Shown piece by piece: positions 36,357 through 43,403 of a stretch of 43,403 bases of DNA. The DNA comes from a candidate division WOR-3 bacterium (lineage in GTDB: Bacteria; Hydrothermota; Hydrothermia; JBDRYB01): the NCBI GenBank assembly GCA_039803205.1, contig JBDRYB010000014.1, positions 4,939 to 48,341 of the forward strand, read 5' to 3'. Each line of letters opens with the position of its first letter. Within the stretch, counting starts at the first letter, position 1. The translations under genes were made by a program, and so were the position numbers. The notes below the pieces were generated by a model that searched no databases, was not told the origin of the DNA, and worked only from the letters and a program-made list of their open reading frames with translations.

Positions 36357-37919
36357 ATGATGAGTTTCTTCATACTCATGGGTGTTTCTGCGGTCATCCC
36401 TCAGGGATGGCCCATGTTCAGGTATGACCAAGCACGGACCGGGTTCTGCCCTGCAGTCTCTGACTTCTCCGCTAAACCCCGTTCTAAGGTAGAGTGGATG
36501 GTTTGGGACGAAGGTGACCTCATACTCGCTTCCCCTGTTGGCGCTGATTTCAATGACGATGGCTGGCATGATGTTGTGACTAGCTCCTACACCGCTGGGT
36601 TCTTTTATCCGCTTGTTGATGTATACCGGGGGGATAATGGCTTGAGGATCTGGTCCTCAGGAAGGTTTGCCTCCGAAGGATGCTACCGTAGTAGCCCCGC
36701 GCTCATGGATGTCAATGGAGACAACAAACCGGAAGTCTTCGTTTCACACACGGGGGCTGGCGCTCTTTATGCTTTGAGTGGAGTGGATGGCTCCAAACTC
36801 TGGGAGGTTCCTATCGGCCCAGACCAATACTCATCCCCCCTCGTTAGGGAAGATGGTCCCGAAGGCAGGGTCTACGCATGCAACGACGCAGGGGTTCTGT
36901 ATTGCTTGAATCCGATCACGGGAGCTGTGCTCTGGGCACACGGCGCTAGCGCTGGGGGAACATGCTATTCTTCCCCTTCTGCCGGCGATGTGAACAGCGA
37001 CGGCCAGGACGAGATAGTCTATTCCTGCGGGACAAACCTTTATGTGGTTTCTGAAAGCGGTGTAGAGCTCTGGAATGTCTCTGTTGGAGAGGATTATCTT
37101 AGCACAGTGGCCCTCTCGGACAAAGACGGGGATGGAGACCTAGAGATGTGGGTTTACTGCGGTAAATCAGGTTTTCTGAAGGTCTATGAATACGGAAATC
37201 CCTCCCCTGTAATAAGCACTTTCGTGGGTTCAATCTATGGCCTTGGTGGTTTGGATTGGCCCCCTCCTCCAGCGGTCGCTGATGTAAATAATGATGGGAC
37301 ACCGGACGCGGTCCTACACCACTTCAACGGCGTAATCATGGTTAATGGGGCATCGGGTTCAGTGGCCTGGAACACACCCGCGCAGGACCTGTATGGCCCG
37401 GTTATCATGGCCAACCTTGACCTTGATCCGTATCTTGAGATCGTAGTGACAGGAATGCCACCAGACTGGGGAACCCGTTGCAAGGTTGAGATGTATCAGG
37501 AGAATGGTTCCCTGGCCTGGCAATGGTGGTCAGAAGAAAACGCTGATTATCATGACGAGGTGGAGGGCGAGGCCATCCTCATCAATGTTGATGCTGATCC
37601 CGAATACGAGATAGCCGCTGTTGATTACTCATGCTGGGCCGTCGTCCTGGATAACAGCCCTCTGCAAACCGAAGAGGACGCGCATGACAGGCAGGTTATC
37701 TTCACGACCAGAGGGCATGATCTTTACCTTTGTCTTCCGAAAGAGGCCCGCGTCTCCCTTTCTGTTTATGACGGCTCGGGTCGCCTGACAGAGAACCTTT
37801 ACGATGGTGTCCTTTCAGCAGGGGATCACGCCTTCAACCTGAGCACGCAGACCAAAGGTGTTTATCTGGTTGTTCTCAACTGTGAGGGCCAGGTAAGAAC
37901 CGTAAAAGTGATAAGATGA
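36357..37919 (+). CDS. Secreted PQQ-like/FG-GAP (VCBS) beta-propeller protein with T9SS-like C-terminal domain
   Basis: WPMFRYDQARTG, repeated SSP.x.GD(V/L)NxDG..EIV motifs, C-terminal SVYDGSGRL...GVYLVVL...KVIR; SD GGAGGT. Confidence 0.85.
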   Translation: MMSFFILMGVSAVIPQGWPMFRYDQARTGFCPAVSDFSAKPRSKVEWMVWDEGDLILASPVGADFNDDGWHDVVTSSYTAGFFYPLVDVYRGDNGLRIWSSGRFASEGCYRSSPALMDVNGDNKPEVFVSHTGAGALYALSGVDGSKLWEVPIGPDQYSSPLVREDGPEGRVYACNDAGVLYCLNPITGAVLWAHGASAGGTCYSSPSAGDVNSDGQDEIVYSCGTNLYVVSESGVELWNVSVGEDYLSTVALSDKDGDGDLEMWVYCGKSGFLKVYEYGNPSPVISTFVGSIYGLGGLDWPPPPAVADVNNDGTPDAVLHHFNGVIMVNGASGSVAWNTPAQDLYGPVIMANLDLDPYLEIVVTGMPPDWGTRCKVEMYQENGSLAWQWWSEENADYHDEVEGEAILINVDADPEYEIAAVDYSCWAVVLDNSPLQTEEDAHDRQVIFTTRGHDLYLCLPKEARVSLSVYDGSGRLTENLYDGVLSAGDHAFNLSTQTKGVYLVVLNCEGQVRTVKVIR

Positions 37920-37926
37920 GAGCTTT

Positions 37927-37976
37927 GGGCCGGCCGGCAATATCACATCGCACCTCCATCAGAAACCGGCCGGCCC
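37927..37976 (+). repeat. Long-loop GC hairpin, copy 1 (GGGCCGGCCGG / CCGGCCGGCCC, 28-nt loop)
   Basis: Perfect 11-bp stem; loop CAATATCACATCGCACCTCCATCAGAAA; no U tract. Confidence 0.85.
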
Positions 37977-38014
37977 GTGTTATCCGAAAACAAAACCCCA
38001 AGGAGGTATGATAT

Positions 38015-39610
38015 ATGCCTATGAGGTTCTTTTCATCGTTGTTGTCTTTTGGTGTTGGTGTTTCGGCCCTCCTTGCCCAGACATGGAGCACATACCACGG
38101 TGATAACTACAATACCGGCTATGCGCCGGGCATGGGGGCCATGAGTATGCCCACTCTCAGATGGGCATTCAACGGAGGCGGTAGAATATGGATAAACAGC
38201 CCTGTTGTGGGCGAGCTGGACGGCGACGCGAACCTGGAGGTGGTCTTCGGAACATACGACAATGGCACATATTATGCCCTACACGCGGAGGATGGATCTC
38301 TGTATTGGTCTTATCATCTTGCCACCACCCAGAACTTCGGAAGCGCTGTCATTGGCGATGTCGATGGAGACGGCTGGAATGAGGTCATATGTCCCTTTGA
38401 ATCCTTTGATGATGACACCAAGAACCAGATCGTTTGTCTAGAACACGACGGGACACTGCAGTGGAGCTTCAGCGACTTTTGGAGCGGCTGGTTTGAAGCC
38501 CCGTGCAAGCTCGCTGATGTAGATGGCGATGGAAAACTGGAGGTGGTAACCACATCCTACCTTGGTATGGTCTACGCGCTGAATGCGGAGAACGGCTCTC
38601 GGTGTTGGAATGTAGCCAAAGGGACAAACTGCTTCTCCAGCCCTGCTATAACCCCTGTCAGTATAAACGGAGGAAGCACCCCGGATGTCATAGTTACCAT
38701 CTATACCCCCCCCGACGGTGGTGGCCTTTACGCTCTTGAGGGTTCTAACGGGGCCGAGATATGGTCAAACCCTTCAGCTGGCTACGGTTATTATACCGCT
38801 CCGGTCATCGCTAACATAACTCCGGACCCAAGCCTTGAGGTAATAGCCTGCAACACAGAAGCAGGGGCCGTCTATTGTGTGAACATAGAGGATGGCAGTC
38901 TGAACTGGCGCTACCCTGCGGCTGGCAGTATAGGCGATATCGGCAACACCCCAGCGGTTGGTGACCTCAACGGGGACGGGGATAACGAGATCGTCTTCGC
39001 CCGTGATTACTGGCCAACAGGGACGGTGTTCGCGTTGAATCCTGATGGAACGCTTTTCTGGAGCACGAACCTGCCCAGGATAACCTATTCCTCCGCGGCC
39101 ATATGCGATATAGATGGTGATGGTAAACCAGAGGTGCTCATAGGGACAATCAGCGATACCAGCCTCTATTGTTTGAACGGCGAGGACGGGACAATACTGT
39201 GGAGCTATCCAACCAGAGGCGCTGTGGTCAGCTCGCCCGTGCCGGTGGATGTTGAACATGACGGCGCACTTGGCGTGCTAATAGGCTCCACTGATTATAA
39301 CTTGTATCTGTTGGATGTCAAACCCGTTTACGGCGGTTCACTGGAAGATGAAACAGTCCGTGGCCAGAGGCTTACGGCCACCCCAAGCGCCGGGGGAATC
39401 ACGGTGAGGTTTTCCCTTGCAGACCCCTCACCAGTTTCCCTGGAGCTCTATGACATATCCGGCGCTTTGGTTTCGCGCGTGAACCTTGGAGAGATCGGAA
39501 CCGGAGAACACACCAGGTTCATCCCCACCAGAAAGGCTGGGATTTTCTTCCTAGTGCTTAATACTAGAAGCGGTTCATCGAGCACCACATGCTTGATTCC
39601 AGAGCGTTGA
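38015..39610 (+). CDS. Secreted PQQ-like/FG-GAP beta-propeller protein with T9SS-like C-terminal domain
   Basis: Signal peptide; WSTYHGDNYNTG; multiple (G/A)D(V/L)DGDG..E(V/I)(V/I) repeats; LYDISGALV...GIFFLVL. Confidence 0.85.
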   Translation: MPMRFFSSLLSFGVGVSALLAQTWSTYHGDNYNTGYAPGMGAMSMPTLRWAFNGGGRIWINSPVVGELDGDANLEVVFGTYDNGTYYALHAEDGSLYWSYHLATTQNFGSAVIGDVDGDGWNEVICPFESFDDDTKNQIVCLEHDGTLQWSFSDFWSGWFEAPCKLADVDGDGKLEVVTTSYLGMVYALNAENGSRCWNVAKGTNCFSSPAITPVSINGGSTPDVIVTIYTPPDGGGLYALEGSNGAEIWSNPSAGYGYYTAPVIANITPDPSLEVIACNTEAGAVYCVNIEDGSLNWRYPAAGSIGDIGNTPAVGDLNGDGDNEIVFARDYWPTGTVFALNPDGTLFWSTNLPRITYSSAAICDIDGDGKPEVLIGTISDTSLYCLNGEDGTILWSYPTRGAVVSSPVPVDVEHDGALGVLIGSTDYNLYLLDVKPVYGGSLEDETVRGQRLTATPSAGGITVRFSLADPSPVSLELYDISGALVSRVNLGEIGTGEHTRFIPTRKAGIFFLVLNTRSGSSSTTCLIPER

Positions 39611-39645
39611 TTCTCAAAGGTGATCGACCCATCATGATAGGTTTC

Positions 39646-39705
39646 AGGGCCGGCCGGAAAGTATCTGTACCTCCCGTTTCCCACTCCGGCCGGCCCTTGT
39701 TTTTT
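39646..39705 (+). terminator. Long-loop GC hairpin, copy 2, with U tract
   Basis: 13-bp stem AGGGCCGGCCGGA / TCCGGCCGGCCCT, loop containing GTACCTCCCGTTT, followed by TGTTTTTT. Confidence 0.75.
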
Positions 39706-39744
39706 CTTTGAAAACAAAAACGCGAAGGGGGTCTTAGCATTAAC

Positions 39745-41049
39745 ATGATTAGCATAGCCCTTGTGCTGATGATGGGTCAGTGGACCTTGATGCCGGTAGA
39801 CACAACGAATTACATAGGCTGGTTCCCTTCCCTGGCCCTGGATGTGAACAACAACCCACATATATCTTATGGCAATGAAAGCAGTGGCGACCTTATGTAT
39901 GCCCGGTGGGATGGCTCAGCTTGGCAAATTGAGGTTGTTGACACTGCTGGCTGGGTTGGCGAGTGCACCTCAATAGCCCTTGATTCTCAGGGCAGGCCAC
40001 ATATCTCCTACTTTGATAGGTCCAATTATAACCTCAAATACGCCCGGTGGGATGGCTCAGCCTGGCAGATAGATGTGGTTGACGCTACCGCCGACTGGGT
40101 TGGCGCCCCTACCTCAATAGCCCTTGATTCTCAGGACAGGCCACATATCTCCTACTATGATTGGTCCAACTCTAACCTCAAATACGCCCGGTGGGATGGT
40201 TCAGCCTGGCAGATAGATGTGGTTGACGCCGCCGGCGATGTAGGCGACTATACCTCAATAGCCCTTGATTCTCAGGACAGGCCACATATCTCCTACTTTG
40301 ATAGGTCCAATTATAACCTCAAATACGCCCGGTGGGATGGCTCAGCCTGGCAGATAGATGTGGTTGACGCCGCCGGCGATGTAGGCGACTATACCTCAAT
40401 AGCCCTTGATTCTCAGGGCAGGCCACATATCTCCTATCATGACGCTGACAACGAGATCCTCAAATACGCCCGGTGGGATGGCTCAGCCTGGCAGATAGAG
40501 GTTGTTGACGCTACTGCCGGTTGGGTTGGCGTCCATACCTCCGTGGCCCTTGATTCTCATGACAGTCCACACATATCCTACCATGATTGGTCCAACTACA
40601 ACCTCAAATACGCCCGGTGGGATGGTTCAGCCTGGCAGATAGAGGTTGTTGAAGGAGGTGGGCTTGGAGCAGGTTTTTTTGGCACCGACCGCTCTCTGAG
40701 AATAGGCACGGATGACTGTCCGAGGATAGCTTATCATGTGGAGGATCCGGAAGACCTTTACTACGCGCACATGGGCTGTCCTCCCCTTGCTGGGGATATA
40801 TCCGAAGAGAAGGGGAACAGGAATATTGAGTTCCGGCCCCTGGGTAAGAAGGTTTACCTGTTCCTGCCGGGCCAGACCCGGATCTCTCTATCGCTCTACG
40901 ATGTTTCGGGTAGTCTCGTGCAGAACATCTATGACGGCATCCTTTCCGCGGGGAGTCATACCTTTATCTTTGAGAATGAGAGGATGGGGGTCTACTTTGC
41001 GGTGCTCAGACACCCGGATGGGATGAAAACCATAAAGGTAATAAGATGA
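39745..41049 (+). CDS. Secreted tandem-repeat beta-propeller protein with T9SS-like C-terminal domain
   Basis: 47-48 aa repeats TSIALDSQ.RPHISY.D..N.NLKYARWDGSAWQI.VVD; C-terminal SLYDVSGSLV...GVYFAVL...KVIR. Confidence 0.85.
   Translation: MISIALVLMMGQWTLMPVDTTNYIGWFPSLALDVNNNPHISYGNESSGDLMYARWDGSAWQIEVVDTAGWVGECTSIALDSQGRPHISYFDRSNYNLKYARWDGSAWQIDVVDATADWVGAPTSIALDSQDRPHISYYDWSNSNLKYARWDGSAWQIDVVDAAGDVGDYTSIALDSQDRPHISYFDRSNYNLKYARWDGSAWQIDVVDAAGDVGDYTSIALDSQGRPHISYHDADNEILKYARWDGSAWQIEVVDATAGWVGVHTSVALDSHDSPHISYHDWSNYNLKYARWDGSAWQIEVVEGGGLGAGFFGTDRSLRIGTDDCPRIAYHVEDPEDLYYAHMGCPPLAGDISEEKGNRNIEFRPLGKKVYLFLPGQTRISLSLYDVSGSLVQNIYDGILSAGSHTFIFENERMGVYFAVLRHPDGMKTIKVIR
39901..40650 (+). repeat. 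Intragenic tandem repeat, six near-identical units of 141-144 bp
   Basis: GCCCGGTGGGATGG recurs at 39901, 40042, 40186, 40327, 40468 and 40612. Confidence 0.92.
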
Positions 41050-41076
41050 AAACAAAACCACTAAGGAGATTTTATC

Positions 41077-41949
41077 ATGACAGGATGTATCTTGACTATG
41101 TGCATGTTCAACCTGTGGGTCAACTGCATAGCGTTGAAGGACGGATATCCCGGAAACAGTTCTGCTGTCTCTGCCTCAAGGGTGTTTTCCGGCGATTACC
41201 AGCCCTTCTATCTGCCTGAGACTGAGACCCTCAAGGTTGATGATGGTGTGATGGCCGCCGAGGTTTCTATGGGTGGTCCGCAGGCATACTTTGTAATCCA
41301 GCTACCAGTGACCAAAGCGGGATGGATAACTGCTCTGCTTTACTATCCTACCGACGCTGGTGGGGATACCGCTATTGATTTGATTCCTCTGGATTGGTGT
41401 GTTTGGGATGATGACGGAGCAGATGGTTATCCTGGCACACTCTTGGCTTCCGGGACCAAAGCGGACTTAGCCTACCTTACCTGGAACTCTGTGGATGTGA
41501 GCTCCTATAACATCAACATAGACCCAGGTTATGTATATGTTGGATGGAAAGGATCCCCGCAAGAGGATTCATCTTATTGGAACGGGCTTGATGCTCAGCG
41601 AGACGGCCACCTATACTACTATGACGGTTCGTCGTGGATGCTTGCTGACCAGTGGTGGCTTTGGGGCGACCTCATGATAAGGGCCGTGCTTCAGACAACG
41701 GATGTAGCCGAAGGTGAGGCGTCAAAACCCATATCCTTCAGAGTATATCCAAACCCTTCTGATGGACTCGTGTCTTTCGTTCTATCGGGCGTTGATAAGG
41801 GTATGCTGTCCATCTATGACCCTTCTGGAAGGAGAGTGATTGAGACCGAGTTTTTCTCCACCAAGAGCGTGATCCTTGACCCCGGCTTATACTTCTACCG
41901 GGCATCTGCTGGTAACCAGACCTTTTTGGGAAAACTGATGATAAGGTAA
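41077..41949 (+). CDS. Secreted protein with T9SS type A-like C-terminal sorting domain
   Basis: C-terminus FRVYPNPS...SIYDPSGRRV...PGLYFYR...GKLMIR; DLMIRA motif before the CTD. Confidence 0.8.
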   Translation: MTGCILTMCMFNLWVNCIALKDGYPGNSSAVSASRVFSGDYQPFYLPETETLKVDDGVMAAEVSMGGPQAYFVIQLPVTKAGWITALLYYPTDAGGDTAIDLIPLDWCVWDDDGADGYPGTLLASGTKADLAYLTWNSVDVSSYNINIDPGYVYVGWKGSPQEDSSYWNGLDAQRDGHLYYYDGSSWMLADQWWLWGDLMIRAVLQTTDVAEGEASKPISFRVYPNPSDGLVSFVLSGVDKGMLSIYDPSGRRVIETEFFSTKSVILDPGLYFYRASAGNQTFLGKLMIR

Positions 41950-41960
41950 CCAAATACCAG

Positions 41961-42017
41961 GGGCCGGCCGGTAATATACATCGCATCTCCATCAGAAACC
42001 GGCCGGCCCGCTTTTTT
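41961..42017 (+). terminator. Long-loop GC hairpin, copy 3, with U tract
   Basis: 11-bp stem identical to copy 1; 27-nt loop TAATATACATCGCATCTCCATCAGAAA; followed by GCTTTTTT. Confidence 0.75.
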
Positions 42018-42041
42018 GTGAGGATTTTGCGGGCCTCACTC

Positions 42042-42073
42042 TGTTAAATCTTTGTTAAATTATTTCCTATAAT
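42042..42073 (+). promoter_or_regulatory. Duplicate of the 36299-36330 promoter (TGTTAAAT x2 + TATAAT)
   Basis: 42033-42196 is nearly identical to 36290-36453 (offset 5743). Confidence 0.75.
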
Positions 42074-42099
42074 ATGGGCGTGAACAAACGGAGGTTTTT

Positions 42100-43403
42100 A
42101 TGATGAGTTTCTTCATACTTATGGGTGTTTCTGCGGTCATCCCTGAGGGATGGCCCATGTTCAGGTATGACCAAGCACGGACCGGGTTCTGCCCTGCGAC
42201 CGCGGATTTCAGTTCCCGGCCCCAGGCAAAGGCTGAGTGGATGGTCTGGAGCGAGGAGGACAACATATACGCTTCGCCGGTGGGGGCTGACTTTGGGGGC
42301 GATGGTTGGCACGATGTGCTCATTGGCTCTTATGGCAAGACGGCGAGCTACCCTCTTGCTGATGTTTACTGCGGGAACAATGGCGCTCTGATCTGGGCAT
42401 CCAGCACATATACCTCGCAAGGATGTTATCTTGGCGGCCCCGCGCTGATGGATGTAACCGGGGACAACAGGCCCGAGGTCTTTGTTCCAAATATACAGGC
42501 CGGCGCTCTTTATGCCCTGAATGGTGCGGATGGCTCCAAGCTCTGGGAGGTTCCTATCGGCACTGACCGATATTCCTCTCCCCTTGTAAGGGAAAATGGG
42601 CCAGAGGGCAGGGTCTATGTCTGCAATGATGACGGGACCCTGTTTTGCCTGAACGCGACCACAGGGGCCACCATGTGGACATATACCCCTGATTTGGGTG
42701 GTACATGCTACTCGTCCCCCTCGGCTGGGGATGTGAACAGCGATGGCCAGGACGAAATAGTCTATTCCTGCGGCTCGGAGATACATGTGGTCTCACTCGG
42801 TGGTGTGGAGCTGTGGAGTGTTTCGGCTGGGGACGCCTCTCTAAGCACCGTGGCCCTTTCGGACAGGAACGGGGACGGAACCAGGGAAATGTGGCTCTAC
42901 TGCAATCAAACCGGTCGCATCAAGGTCTTTGAATACGGCAATCCAGCCCCGGTCGTGAATGTTTTTATTGGATCAGCGAGCCTGGTTTGCCCGCCTCCCC
43001 CCGCGGTCGCTGATGTGAATGCTGATGGTGTCCCGGACGCGGTCGCGCATCATAGCGACGGACTTACCATGGTTGATGGGGCAAACGGCGCCCTGGCCTG
43101 GAATGTATCCGCGCAGGATCTGTATGGCCCGGTCATCATAGCCAACCTGGACCCTGACCCTTACCTTGAGATAGTGGCCACGGGGAGACCTCCGATACTC
43201 TACCGTTGCAAGGTTGAGATGTATCAGGAAAATGGCTCTCTGGCCTGGCAATGGTGGACTCCGAGCCCTCTCGCCAATGACGAGGTGGAGGGCGAGGCCA
43301 TCCTCATCAATGTTGATGCTGATCCCGAATACGAGATAGCCGCTGTTGATTACTCATGCTGGGCCGTCGTCCTGGATAACAGCCCTCTGCAAACCGAAGA
43401 GGA
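42100..43403 (+). CDS. Paralogue of the 36357-37919 FG-GAP beta-propeller protein, truncated by the window end
   Basis: Open frame from ATG 42100 (MMSFFILMGVSAVIPEGWPMFRYDQARTG...) to the end; absent from the ORF track because it has no stop. Confidence 0.88.
   Translation, partial: MMSFFILMGVSAVIPEGWPMFRYDQARTGFCPATADFSSRPQAKAEWMVWSEEDNIYASPVGADFGGDGWHDVLIGSYGKTASYPLADVYCGNNGALIWASSTYTSQGCYLGGPALMDVTGDNRPEVFVPNIQAGALYALNGADGSKLWEVPIGTDRYSSPLVRENGPEGRVYVCNDDGTLFCLNATTGATMWTYTPDLGGTCYSSPSAGDVNSDGQDEIVYSCGSEIHVVSLGGVELWSVSAGDASLSTVALSDRNGDGTREMWLYCNQTGRIKVFEYGNPAPVVNVFIGSASLVCPPPPAVADVNADGVPDAVAHHSDGLTMVDGANGALAWNVSAQDLYGPVIIANLDPDPYLEIVATGRPPILYRCKVEMYQENGSLAWQWWTPSPLANDEVEGEAILINVDADPEYEIAAVDYSCWAVVLDNSPLQTEE
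43277..43403 (+). repeat. 127-bp exact copy of 37552-37678
   Basis: ATGACGAGGTGGAG...AAACCGAAGAGGA is identical in both paralogues; the window ends exactly here. Confidence 0.9.

Noticed and set aside
37927..42017. Hairpins as integron attC sites
   Set aside because: No convincing RYYYAAC/GTTRRRY boxes or extrahelical bases, and no integrase in the window
36357..43403. Paralogous repeats as a diversity-generating retroelement TR/VR pair
   Set aside because: No reverse transcriptase; differences are not adenine-specific and the 3' blocks are identical

Overview
A 43.4 kb piece of a bacterial contig that appears to break at both ends: the left end is a poly-C read artefact inside a CRISPR array, and the right end lies exactly 127 bp into a perfect repeat. 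ATA/AGG-rich codon usage, futalosine-pathway genes and several proteins with T9SS/Por-type C-terminal sorting domains suggest a thermophilic, non-Bacteroidota, FCB-affiliated organism such as WOR-3 (inference only). Contents: (1) a type III-A CRISPR locus on the minus strand (cas6-cas10-csm2-csm3-csm4-csm5-cas1-cas2-leader-array; 52 repeats of 36 bp, 51 spacers) with no CARF/SAVED effector in the window; (2) housekeeping genes (transglutaminase-like lipoprotein, methyltransferase, lgt, comF, MFS, mqnE-mqnA-mqnC, COG2403/ArcE-like enzyme, M29 aminopeptidase, adk, map); (3) a compact his operon (Z-G-D-C-B-H-A-F-IE) preceded by an unannotated His-His-His leader ORF; (4) a TPR + wHTH/BTAD regulator divergent from a cluster of secreted beta-propeller proteins. 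Most interesting signals: at least five spacers translate to motifs of one small viral gene family (NLTPH / YIVSSLVA / VRDEGGRI, probably a ring-nuclease anti-CRISPR), including three alleles of the same site; a family of anti-Shine-Dalgarno-bearing RNA elements (a stand-alone ~80 nt sRNA and three long-loop 3' hairpins complementary to nearby RBSs); pervasive leaderless transcription of operon-first genes; and a possible histidine-sensing leader or +1 frameshift controlling hisZ.
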